Shown here: positions 23,130 through 32,308 of the stretch, one piece after another
Layout of the letters: the number at the start of each line of letters is the position of its first letter
Position numbering within the stretch: position 1 is the first letter of the stretch
IMG/VR virus record: IMGVR_UViG_3300005512_000191
Coordinates: 1 to 32,308 of that record
Direction: 5' to 3' (one strand)
Source of the DNA: a virus
Taxonomy: Duplodnaviria; Caudoviricetes
DNA length: 32,308 nt
Notes under the pieces: model-generated
Told to the model about the DNA's origin: nothing
Databases searched by the model: none
What the model saw: the letters and a program-made list of their open reading frames with translations, nothing else
Position numbers and translations under genes: made by a program

Positions 23130-25362
23130 TCTAATCGTACGCCTGGCCCTGGAGGGTGGAGCCTTCACCCAAGGGATGAAGGAAGCGGGGGACTCGTCCG
23201 AGTCCTTCGGGCAGCGGTTTGCCAAGTCCGCCACGGAGCTCAAATCCAAGATCGACCTGGCACAGAACACCATCCGTGAGTTCGCCGCAGCGGCTCAAGA
23301 AGCCTTCGAGTTCACCGAAGAGGGTGCCCAGATCCGCCAGTTGGGCGAGAGCTTCTCGCGCACCTCCGTGGATCTGGACGCCCTGAGAGCCGCAGCCCGC
23401 GGCACGGTCGCCGACACGGATCTGATGGCGCAGAGCATGACGCTGCTGGCCGGCACGTCGGGCACCATGGAAGCCGCCCTCACGGCAGCCCTGCCGGACC
23501 TCCTGGAGATCGCCAAAGCGTCCAACAAGCTCAACCCGGAGCTGGGCGAGACCACCTTCCTCTTTGAATCGTTGGCCACCGGTGTCAAGCGCGGTAGCGC
23601 GCTAATGATCGACAACGCCGGCATCACCTTCAGTGCAGCCACGGCCCAGGCGGAATATGCCGCCAGCATCGGCAAGGCTGCCGACGCGCTGACAGATGAG
23701 GAAAAGAAGATCGCGCTGCTCATGAAGACCATCGAGTCCGGGCAGACGCTGATTGAGCAAGCCGGCGGCACGACGGAAAGTTATGCCGACAGCTGGTCCG
23801 TGCTGCGAACACAGGTCAAGAACACGACCGACGCCCTGAAGGCTATGGCCTCTGAGGGCCTAGGACCGGTATTCTCCCTATTGGCAAAGGGGCTGACGGT
23901 TGTCAATTCAGCCAACCGGGTCCTGGGCAACAACAAGATCCTGATCAAGCTGCTGGCCGGCAACTATGCCGAAGCCTATCAGATGCTGAGCAAAGCCGAC
24001 GCTCAACAACGGCAGATGAACACCAGCAGCGCCCGCTGGACAGGTCTGGCCCAGGAGTACACCCGGCGGCAAGAGGAACAAACACGCGCCGTCACAGAGA
24101 GCGTGAGCGCGACCCGTGCCGCCTACAACGCGGAGATCGAACGCGCACAGCAGTATGCCGGCACCACGAGGGCTCTGAGCCACACATCACAGGCGTGGGA
24201 CCAGTACAACCGCGCGATCGAGAGCAGCCGCAACGATGAGCTGCTGCAGAGCTTCATTAATATGCGCTCAGTGGTCGAGGAATCTGCCGATCGTGTGAAC
24301 AATCTGCAGTCCGCCATCTCCTCAACACTCGGTGCGGATCTCGGCGAGGGCCAAGAGCAGCTGGCAGGGCTGCGCGAAGAGGCTGGACTCCTCGAGGGAA
24401 AGATCGCCGACCTGGAGGGACTGAGCTACCGCTCACCGGCACAGGAGAGCGAGCTGGCCGGACTGAAAGGGCAGCTCGGAGACGTTCGCGGAGAGATCGG
24501 CGGCGTCATCTCTGATATGGAGCAAATGGCGGCCCAATTCGTGATCAGCGCGATGCAAGCCCAGATCTCTGCAGACGGTTTATGGACCCAGGCTGAGACG
24601 GATTGGCTTGCCGGCACGGCCCGGCAACTGGGGCTGATCGACGACACCGCGGTACAGATGATGTCGATGACCAATCAGGCTCACAGTGCCCTGGAGAGCG
24701 GTGCCGCGGATTCAACAGAAGCCGTCAACATGGTCGTCGGCGCAACTGAGGACCTCGTCGGCGGATACATCGCCGCTGAGGAGACCGGCACCACAGCCAT
24801 GGCCAACATCGGCGAAGAGACCGAACGCACACGCCAGCTGGCCTTCGAGCTGGGCGAGGAGATCATCGAGGTCGATACCACCGCTGGTCCGGCCTTGGCC
24901 AATGTGGAGGGCTACGCCGAGGGCGCCCGTGGGGCGTTCAGCGATGCCTGGAGCTCGGTCAATGACCTGCGCAGCGCGATCGACGATCTCCCAACAGAGA
25001 AGACCTTCACCTACACGATCAACACCGTGGGGTCCTCTGCCCCCAGCGGACATCTGATTGGGACGCCCATAGACCACGAGTATTCCGCGAAGGGCTTCGA
25101 GGGCTGGGTGTTCAACCGCACCGACTTCACGGTCGCGGAGGCCAACGAACCGGAGTATGTGAGCGTTACGCCGATGTCGCAGATGGGGATGAGCTCGGCG
25201 CCTACGGCTTCGTCCGGATCCACTCACGTTGGCACGGCGCCTAGCGGAGACACCTACGTGAACGTGTATATCGACGGCGCCGGTGATCCCGCTGCCGTCG
25301 CACGCCAGGTCGAACAGATCTTCGTCGATCGCGGCATCATCTCGGCTACGAGGTTCAGATGA
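23113..25362 (+). CDS. Tape measure protein
   Basis: 749 aa, Ala-rich helical, N-terminal LASLIVRLAL, follows the chaperones. Confidence 0.92.
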   Translation: MSALASLIVRLALEGGAFTQGMKEAGDSSESFGQRFAKSATELKSKIDLAQNTIREFAAAAQEAFEFTEEGAQIRQLGESFSRTSVDLDALRAAARGTVADTDLMAQSMTLLAGTSGTMEAALTAALPDLLEIAKASNKLNPELGETTFLFESLATGVKRGSALMIDNAGITFSAATAQAEYAASIGKAADALTDEEKKIALLMKTIESGQTLIEQAGGTTESYADSWSVLRTQVKNTTDALKAMASEGLGPVFSLLAKGLTVVNSANRVLGNNKILIKLLAGNYAEAYQMLSKADAQQRQMNTSSARWTGLAQEYTRRQEEQTRAVTESVSATRAAYNAEIERAQQYAGTTRALSHTSQAWDQYNRAIESSRNDELLQSFINMRSVVEESADRVNNLQSAISSTLGADLGEGQEQLAGLREEAGLLEGKIADLEGLSYRSPAQESELAGLKGQLGDVRGEIGGVISDMEQMAAQFVISAMQAQISADGLWTQAETDWLAGTARQLGLIDDTAVQMMSMTNQAHSALESGAADSTEAVNMVVGATEDLVGGYIAAEETGTTAMANIGEETERTRQLAFELGEEIIEVDTTAGPALANVEGYAEGARGAFSDAWSSVNDLRSAIDDLPTEKTFTYTINTVGSSAPSGHLIGTPIDHEYSAKGFEGWVFNRTDFTVAEANEPEYVSVTPMSQMGMSSAPTASSGSTHVGTAPSGDTYVNVYIDGAGDPAAVARQVEQIFVDRGIISATRFR

Positions 25363-26867
25363 GCGAGACCGCGACCTACCAACTGAGCCTCGACTGGAAC
25401 AACGACGGCGACTTCTCCGATAGCGGAGAGGATATCACCGCAGATTTCCGTAATGCCAGTATCACGTGTGGCTTCTCCAGTCACTTGGCGCGGGTGGCGG
25501 GGACCGGCAGGATGACATTGCAGCTCAATAACCTATCACGCACCTACTCCCCGCCCCTCAACGCCAACGTGCTGCCGCGGAGACCGGTGCGATTCACAAT
25601 GACCTATGGCGGCACGACATCCACCCTCTTCCGCGGCTACCTGGAGGACATCCAGCCGACCTACGGGCAATACGGCACGCGCCAGGTCACGCTGATCTGC
25701 GTCGACGATATGGACACGCTGAACCTGCACGATGGCCAGATCCCCATGCTCACCGACATCTACGCCGATGACATTATCCAGGCCGCGGTCGCAGCCGCCT
25801 ACACGCCGGCGAGCACAGCGTACCAACAGGGGCTCAACTACTTCCCCACCTCGGCGCCGGATTGGCAGCACGCAGCGCGCACCACGTGGCAGCTGATGCA
25901 GGACGGCGGTGCACTACAGAAGATCACCGACGCCTGTATGAGCGACTGGGGGCGCTTCTTCATCGCCGGCGACGGGATCCCCACGTTTATGAACCGTCAC
26001 CAGATGGCGCTGGATACCAGCACCGAGCTCACGTTGGACAACACCATGCTCAACATGGACTACAGCTACCCGGTGGCCACCGTGCGCAACCACGTACAGG
26101 TCACCTGCTACCCGCGCACGATCGGCGAGTTTCCCGAGACGCTGGGGCAGCTCGATCAGAGCCAGGCGCCGGTCATTGAGATCGGCGAGAGCGCCGGCTT
26201 CGTGATCAGCTTCCGCGACCCGGTCAACTCGGCGGTCACCGTCGGAGGGCTGGATCCCATCACCCCGGTAGCCGGCACGGACTACGTCTGTACCGCCGAT
26301 CCGGAGGGCGAGGGCGAGGACCTCACCGATGACGTGAGCATCACACTCGTCTCCTATGGAGATCGCGCGGAACTGACCCTCACCAACAACGCATCCGTGC
26401 GCGTGTGGGTGCAGTCATTGCGCGTGCGTGGCAGCGCCGTGCGCGCCAAGGAACCGCTGACCGTGATCGCCAGCGACGAGACCAGTATCGATGCGTACGG
26501 CAAGCGCGAGCTGCAGGTCGACGCACCGCTGATGAGCGATCCCGGGGACGCACAGGCATTGGCGGACTATCTGCTGAGCGTCTACAAGGACCCGCTGAAC
26601 CGCATCGACAACATCGAGATCCTGGCCAACAAAGACGCTGCGTGGATGGCAGCCGTGCGGGATCTGGAGCTATTGGACCGCGTCGTGCTGTCCGAGGATC
26701 AGACCGGGCTGAGCGGCTTCGTCGGCTTCATCAGCCAGATGACACACCAGATCAACAGCCGGTGGGAACACCGGCTGCGTTTCAGCATCGAGCAACAACG
26801 CACGATCAGCACGCCGTTCCGCGTCGGCGTATCGCAGCTCAATTCGGGGCACGTGCTGGTCTACTAG
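25359..26867 (+). CDS. Minor tail/baseplate hub protein
   Basis: LDWNNDGDF, GRMTLQLNN, LFRGYL, DETSIDAYGKR; follows tape measure. Confidence 0.8.
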   Translation: MSETATYQLSLDWNNDGDFSDSGEDITADFRNASITCGFSSHLARVAGTGRMTLQLNNLSRTYSPPLNANVLPRRPVRFTMTYGGTTSTLFRGYLEDIQPTYGQYGTRQVTLICVDDMDTLNLHDGQIPMLTDIYADDIIQAAVAAAYTPASTAYQQGLNYFPTSAPDWQHAARTTWQLMQDGGALQKITDACMSDWGRFFIAGDGIPTFMNRHQMALDTSTELTLDNTMLNMDYSYPVATVRNHVQVTCYPRTIGEFPETLGQLDQSQAPVIEIGESAGFVISFRDPVNSAVTVGGLDPITPVAGTDYVCTADPEGEGEDLTDDVSITLVSYGDRAELTLTNNASVRVWVQSLRVRGSAVRAKEPLTVIASDETSIDAYGKRELQVDAPLMSDPGDAQALADYLLSVYKDPLNRIDNIEILANKDAAWMAAVRDLELLDRVVLSEDQTGLSGFVGFISQMTHQINSRWEHRLRFSIEQQRTISTPFRVGVSQLNSGHVLVY

Positions 26868-26876
26868 GGAGGCACC

Positions 26877-27512
26877 ATGGCCTATACACCATTACCGTCG
26901 AAGAGCGATACGGACACGCTCACGCTGCCGGACTACAACAAGATCAAGGACAACTTTGCTGCCGGCGTGCCCGATATCATCGGCGCCAAGGGCGACCTGC
27001 CCGCGGGGACCGCTGCGAACGCAGCCGCACGGCTAACTGTCGGAGCAGATGATGCCACCCTCGTGGCAGATTCATTACAGACGACCGGCCTGGCGTGGCA
27101 GATCCAGCCGGCAGCCATCGTTACGAAGTCCGCTACGACTACCATGACCGCAGACGAGTGGACCACGCTGGACTTCGATGGCGAGTCAGTTGACACCGAC
27201 GGCATGCACGACACCGGCACAAACCCATCACGTCTCACTGTGCCCACCGGAGGTGCGGGCCTGTATCTGTTCGGGTTTGTTGGCCGTGTGGATGACGGGT
27301 CACCTACAAAATGGCAAGTGCGATTTCTATTGAACGGTACTACAGAAATCGGCGCGGGCGGCATGTCCAGCTATGACTACGGGCCGCTGTCCGTGACAAT
27401 CCCATACGTTGTATCGGAGGGCGACCGCGTCGAGGTGCAGTATTACTCGGACGGAGCCGACACGATTTCAGCCTCGCCGAAGTTCTGGGCCGTCTGGCAA
27501 CGGAGGGCATAA
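26877..27512 (+). CDS. Minor tail protein with C-terminal C1q/TNF-like beta domain
   Basis: AKGDL..GTAANAAARL motif; DTDGMHD...RLTVPTGGAGLYLF...GDRVEVQ. Confidence 0.75.
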   Translation: MAYTPLPSKSDTDTLTLPDYNKIKDNFAAGVPDIIGAKGDLPAGTAANAAARLTVGADDATLVADSLQTTGLAWQIQPAAIVTKSATTTMTADEWTTLDFDGESVDTDGMHDTGTNPSRLTVPTGGAGLYLFGFVGRVDDGSPTKWQVRFLLNGTTEIGAGGMSSYDYGPLSVTIPYVVSEGDRVEVQYYSDGADTISASPKFWAVWQRRA

Positions 27513-30500
27513 ATGCCCATCGAGATCACCCCGGATCATATAGACCTCATCGGGACCGGCGCGCGTCTGCTGCGCTTCCTGGACGATAACCGCACGCTGC
27601 AACAGCAGATCTACCTCAAGGCGGACGGCACACTCAACATCGGGGGGGAGACCTCGCAGGCCGGCGGCGGTAGCAGCGTGCTTCAGTCGCACGCGCTATC
27701 CTCGGGCGCGCACACCGGATCCCTGAACAGCGCCCAGGCGCCGCAGTTCCTGCTTCTCTCGGGATCCCGCCAAATGCAAGGGGATCTGGATCTGGGCGGG
27801 TATAACCTGGTGGATGTAGCGCTGGTCGATGGCGTGGACGTGAGCGGCCACTCTGCGCGGCACGAGTCCGGCGGGGCGGATGCGGTGGGGCACGACAACC
27901 TAACCGGGTTCGTAGCTGATGAGCATGTGGCGCACTCTGGGGTAACGATCACGCCGGGGACGGGGCTCACCGGAGGCGGCACGATTGCAGCGAGTCGGAC
28001 GCTATCCCACGATGCCGGGGCCTTCGGGGATCTGCACACCAACTATGCGGAACTAGCTGAGAACGAAACCGTTACCGGCTCATGGACGTTCGATGACGCG
28101 ATCGTATTGAACGACCAGATTGACAGCAACGTTACCATCACCGGCGATCTCACCGTATTGGGCACGAACTTTATCGCCAATGTTGAGACGGTGGAAATTG
28201 AAGACAACCTGGCGATCGTGAACTCCGGCGAGACTGGCGTGGGAATCACTGCCGGCTTCGCTGGATGGGAAGCCGACCGCGGCACCTTAGCGAACTATCG
28301 CTGGGGCTTCGATGAAACGCGCGACTTGTGGGTAATTGGTGAGGTTGGCGACACGCTACAGGCCGTTGCTACCCGCGAGGACTCCCCTACGGATGAGGCT
28401 ATCCCCTTCTGGAATGACGCGGAGAGCCGCCTGGATACAAGCGCCGATCTCACATGGGATGGCGATCTCAACGTAGATGCGAATGTCAAGGTCACACCCG
28501 AGCACGATCACCGTCAGAACGGCTACGACGCCGACGCGCCTACGAGTGATGCGGTAGCTACTGTATCGGCGGGGCGCTGCGCGCTGCTGTGGGGATCTGC
28601 CGCAGAACAGCTGGCAGAACGCGAGGACTACACACTGGAGGACGTGCGCGGGCTGGCTGAACGTGCGCTGAGTCGCACCGATGCGCATCTGGCAAATGGA
28701 GAGCTGGACGTATGGCGGTGGTCACACTCTGGCGGGATGACACTCTCCTCCTGGTCCCCTACGGGAGACAGCACGATCACCATCGAGAATCCGGCTGACG
28801 GGTACAATGCTAACCTTGCCATTGACGGTACCCTGGATGGCGTATCACTGGCCGAGTTCAACGCCATGCAGTTCCTGGTGCTGGAAGCAAGCGGCTACAC
28901 GCCTAACGAGCGCGTGCTGAGCGTGCAGACCGACGAGGGCTTGGCCCTGGTAGACAACGGCGCGGGTGGGACTTACGAGCTGCGTACCAACGTCAATGCC
29001 GGGTTGACGTTCGGTGACGGTGGCGGCATTGAATTGGATTGGTCAGGCACGCCGGTGACGATCACGCCCGGAGCAACAGCTAGCGCCGGATCGTCTGACT
29101 ACGCTGCACACACTGACCACCGGCACGCGATTGCGGCAGGTACGCCCGGATCTATTGAGCCGGATGACGACGCAGACCCCGGAGAAGCCACATCGTTCTC
29201 GCGTTCAGATCATACGCATGGCATCCTCACCGCTGCACCTGCGGCCAACAGTGTAAGCCTAGCAGCCAGCGGTGTTGGCGACGCACCCACCTTTGCCCGT
29301 AGTGATCACACACACTCGCTGAGTCAGGCTATCTCGCCGACCTGGACCGGCACGCATACGTGGTCCGGCAACACGCCGATCCAGCTACGAGATAGCGCAC
29401 TCAAGGTCTACTCCAGCACAGACGGGCAGCTCGACATTGACGCGGATACCGAGCTCGAGCTGACAGCGCCGACCATTCAGCTCATAGCGTCGTCCCGCGT
29501 GTTGGTATCCGGCGCGCTGGACGTTGATGGGAATCTGGAGTTTCAGGGCGCGCAATCCATCACCACCACAGCGGATGGCTTGACGCTCTCTCCCGCTAGC
29601 AATCTCACACTATCCCCGACGGACGACGTGCTCACAGACTCTACGATTGCAGCGGACAATTGGGCGAGCCAGACAACCGGCTGGGGTGTGACGTATGCGG
29701 GCGCGGCTGATTTCCGCAGCATCTACGCTGACGAGCTGCACGTCCAGGCGTTTATCGCCGACATCTATCAGGCATTGGTCGGCGGCATCATCGTCACGAA
29801 GTCACGCGCTAGATTGAGCCGCGATTTCACGATTCCCGCCGATACCGCTACCGGGACGCTCTACCTGGAGGATCTGGAGGGCTGGGAGGATACGCAGGCA
29901 TTTGCGGCCTCGGACATTGTGCGGCTGCGATTCGTGGATACCAGCGGGGGCGGGCTTGTCGTCACAGACGTATGGGGCGTCGTATCCAGCTATACCAACC
30001 TGAGCGGAGGCGAGCAGTCGTGGACGTTCACAACATCAGACGATGGCGGAGTGAGCGGATCGACCATCTACGCCGGGTCAATCGCGCTGGACTACGGGCA
30101 ATCCGGCACTGGCAGCCAGGGCGTGTGGGAGGCAACGGTACTCGATAGTGCGGGCGCCCCCTACTCGCAGGTGGCGACGTGGGACACCAACCCGTGGACG
30201 CCGGGTAACTGGACGGCGCGTGTGAGACTCGGCAATCTGGACGGACTGAGCGGCGTTGGGTTGGAGTATGGCCTATTCGCCGGGGATGGGATCACCGACA
30301 GCGACAGCTATATGCTCATCACGGATGCACAGGCTTCCCTGCACAATCTCCCGCTTGAGATTCACGATGGCACCAACACTGTCTTTAAGGTTGATCCAGA
30401 CACACCAAGTCTCGCGCTCGGTGCTTCGATCCCTACGGCGTTTGGTGCCGGTGATGGCGTATGGATGGGCCTAGACAGTGGCGCCTACAAATGGCGTGTC

Positions 30501-31280
30501 GGCGACGCGGATGGAGAGAGAGCGCAATGGGATGGTTCGGCGTATCGTATCTACTCCAACAGCAACACGTACCTGACTACCAATGGCGCATTGATCGACC
30601 TCTACTCAGGAGGCGTGCTGAGGGCGTCTTACGGCACGGATATGAAGTTGTACGATGCAACAGTACAGCGCGTGCACCTGGACAACACGGGGTCCGGCTG
30701 GTTCATCGCTGCCGACAAATTCTCGTGGAACACGGATGGTGACGTTACCCTTGTTGGGACTGTCACGATTGCAGCGGGCAGTACCGGCATCTCAAACCTA
30801 AGTGACGCCGGAGCACTTGCTACTGCTGACAGCTATGGGGACATCAGCGGTACGCCTACAGCTCTCTCGGATATCAACCCCACTGAGGGCGCGAAGCTAA
30901 CCGGGATTGAGAGCGGCGCAACGGTTGGCGCGACGTGGGGTACAAACCTCTCCAGTGTGCCAACGCGATTCTCTGACACGCCTAGCGCGGCTGGTCTGTA
31001 TCTGTCCGCCACGCATATGGGGTACTACGATGGCGCAGCGTGGAAAACCTACATGGACAATGCCGCGAACTTCTATCTCGGCGGCAGTGGCGGCGTCTTC
31101 CAGTTCGATGCAAGCACCAGTGACTTGCTCCTGGGTGATGAAGATGCGGCTCACATGGAGTGGGACGAGAGCGCGGCGACGCTTAGCCTAAAAGTTGGGA
31201 GCGTAACGCATATAGAGGCGTCGGCAAGCGGCGTCAATATTGGCAATGCCGGTAGACCGGCGTACGAGCGTACTTACTAA
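27513..31280 (+). CDS. Large mosaic tail fibre/tail tip protein
   Basis: 1255 aa, G/T/S/D-rich; repeated (A/S)RSDHTH motifs; RVRLGNLDGL..YGLF. Confidence 0.82.
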   Translation: MPIEITPDHIDLIGTGARLLRFLDDNRTLQQQIYLKADGTLNIGGETSQAGGGSSVLQSHALSSGAHTGSLNSAQAPQFLLLSGSRQMQGDLDLGGYNLVDVALVDGVDVSGHSARHESGGADAVGHDNLTGFVADEHVAHSGVTITPGTGLTGGGTIAASRTLSHDAGAFGDLHTNYAELAENETVTGSWTFDDAIVLNDQIDSNVTITGDLTVLGTNFIANVETVEIEDNLAIVNSGETGVGITAGFAGWEADRGTLANYRWGFDETRDLWVIGEVGDTLQAVATREDSPTDEAIPFWNDAESRLDTSADLTWDGDLNVDANVKVTPEHDHRQNGYDADAPTSDAVATVSAGRCALLWGSAAEQLAEREDYTLEDVRGLAERALSRTDAHLANGELDVWRWSHSGGMTLSSWSPTGDSTITIENPADGYNANLAIDGTLDGVSLAEFNAMQFLVLEASGYTPNERVLSVQTDEGLALVDNGAGGTYELRTNVNAGLTFGDGGGIELDWSGTPVTITPGATASAGSSDYAAHTDHRHAIAAGTPGSIEPDDDADPGEATSFSRSDHTHGILTAAPAANSVSLAASGVGDAPTFARSDHTHSLSQAISPTWTGTHTWSGNTPIQLRDSALKVYSSTDGQLDIDADTELELTAPTIQLIASSRVLVSGALDVDGNLEFQGAQSITTTADGLTLSPASNLTLSPTDDVLTDSTIAADNWASQTTGWGVTYAGAADFRSIYADELHVQAFIADIYQALVGGIIVTKSRARLSRDFTIPADTATGTLYLEDLEGWEDTQAFAASDIVRLRFVDTSGGGLVVTDVWGVVSSYTNLSGGEQSWTFTTSDDGGVSGSTIYAGSIALDYGQSGTGSQGVWEATVLDSAGAPYSQVATWDTNPWTPGNWTARVRLGNLDGLSGVGLEYGLFAGDGITDSDSYMLITDAQASLHNLPLEIHDGTNTVFKVDPDTPSLALGASIPTAFGAGDGVWMGLDSGAYKWRVGDADGERAQWDGSAYRIYSNSNTYLTTNGALIDLYSGGVLRASYGTDMKLYDATVQRVHLDNTGSGWFIAADKFSWNTDGDVTLVGTVTIAAGSTGISNLSDAGALATADSYGDISGTPTALSDINPTEGAKLTGIESGATVGATWGTNLSSVPTRFSDTPSAAGLYLSATHMGYYDGAAWKTYMDNAANFYLGGSGGVFQFDASTSDLLLGDEDAAHMEWDESAATLSLKVGSVTHIEASASGVNIGNAGRPAYERTY

Positions 31281-31290
31281 GGAGAATAAC

Positions 31291-32308
31291 GTGACAGGAC
31301 TAATTGGCGTACCGAACGATGTAAAGATGTACGAGACAGCACGCGACCCTGATCCCAGGTGGCGTGATAGGTGCCAGCGCACGAGCTGGTACAACGAGCG
31401 AGATACAGCGGATACGGTGAATACCTACTCCGTGATGACCGGCTTGAGTCCATCAACGGGTGACACATTCCGCGTGACGGATTCAGGGTACACGATCACA
31501 GACCGCAGCGGTGTGAGCGAGACCTGGTCCGTGGCGGATCAGATCTTCCGGTGGGATGGCACGTATTGGAAGTGGGAGCGTGATGGACGCAGCACCAAGC
31601 GTGCGTTCCCACGGACTGCGCAGTTGATCGTCGTTAGTTATACAGATCTGTGGATTATTGATGCAAAAGACGGCGCGCCGTGGATGCGATTCTCCAACAA
31701 GCAAAACAACTCAATGTTTTGGGTGCCTGTCGGTACGGGACAAATCGCTCCATCGGTTCATGCGCTGAATGGTAATGTTTTCTACGCGGCGCGATTCGAT
31801 GCCAACGCCATCGCGGGTGGTGTAGGTGTGATTAATTTCGCAACTGATATAGGTCGATACTACGGTGAATACTACACACGCAGTACATACAAATCAACGA
31901 TAGCAGAACGTAATGCGCTTGCGTCCTGGGACTATTTAACAACCAGCAGCATTAAGATCGTTGAGGGAACACCCAACCATGTCCACGCGGCATGGGTGGA
32001 TGGACACATGATGCTCGGCGTAGCCACAGATGGCGGCGTGTCGATTGTGAAACACCTTGGCGAGCCTGACGAGAGCGTGGTGGATTTTATTACTAGCAAT
32101 GCGACATACACAATCAGCAAAAACGCGAAGTTCAGTTCTGCGGGCGATTTCTATTTTACGCAGGACAGCCTTGGTCGTTACATGAAGGTAATTCGACATG
32201 GAAACGCATTACTCAACACGGGATCAAGCTCATTAAATTACGCGGACAATCTTTCCGGCGAGGACGCAATATACAGAGTGATGGGTGCATATATATCGAA
32301 ACTTAGTA
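31291..32308 (+). CDS. Partial tail/receptor-binding protein, open at the window end (not in the ORF track)
   Basis: AAGGAG RBS, GTG 31291, frame open to 32308: MTGLIGVPNDVKMYETARDPDPRWRDRCQRTSWYNE... Confidence 0.8.
   Translation, partial: MTGLIGVPNDVKMYETARDPDPRWRDRCQRTSWYNERDTADTVNTYSVMTGLSPSTGDTFRVTDSGYTITDRSGVSETWSVADQIFRWDGTYWKWERDGRSTKRAFPRTAQLIVVSYTDLWIIDAKDGAPWMRFSNKQNNSMFWVPVGTGQIAPSVHALNGNVFYAARFDANAIAGGVGVINFATDIGRYYGEYYTRSTYKSTIAERNALASWDYLTTSSIKIVEGTPNHVHAAWVDGHMMLGVATDGGVSIVKHLGEPDESVVDFITSNATYTISKNAKFSSAGDFYFTQDSLGRYMKVIRHGNALLNTGSSSLNYADNLSGEDAIYRVMGAYISKLS

Larger units (their letters stand above)
11..32308 (+). mobile_element. Temperate siphovirus-like prophage (HK97-type head); left end at tRNA-Pro-derived att, right end beyond the window
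   Basis: Canonical order HNH-terS-terL-portal-protease-capsid-neck-tail tube-chaperone-tape measure-tail tip, plus tyrosine recombinase and tRNA fragment at the left edge. Confidence 0.95.

Noticed and set aside
27513-32308. Diversity-generating retroelement or invertible tail cassette
   Set aside because: No reverse transcriptase, no adenine-variant repeat pair and no invertase in the window; cannot exclude one downstream

Overview
The window is the left ~32 kb of a GC-rich temperate siphovirus-type prophage with an HK97-like head. It starts at a minus-strand 3' half of a tRNA-Pro (11-52, probable att core) and ends inside a receptor-binding or tail gene. Gene order: (i) an operon of four membrane proteins, an HTH/zinc-ribbon protein and a tyrosine recombinase (278-4677); (ii) one leftward double-HTH gene and a divergent promoter region containing an exact 123-bp tandem duplication; (iii) early genes including a wHTH replication-initiator-like protein with an internal origin-like region and a ParB-like protein; (iv) a sigma70-type promoter with a GAAC-N4-GTTC LexA box and a 17-bp-arm inverted repeat, followed by holin-like genes, HNH, TerS/TerL, portal-MuF fusion, protease, capsid, neck, tail tube, frameshifting tail chaperone, tape measure and tail-tip genes. 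The most notable non-routine signals are a recurring 16-bp parS-like palindrome (GTGGwAAyrTTACCAC) with ParB but no ParA, a membrane-protein module carrying a dense TGCG/CGCA cluster reminiscent of actinomycete spd/clt DNA-spreading loci, apparent direct host-LexA control of the late operon, and a folded element abutting the att site. A Chloroflexota-like or other Cheo-box host is an inference only. All family calls come from reading motifs by eye, not from database searches.
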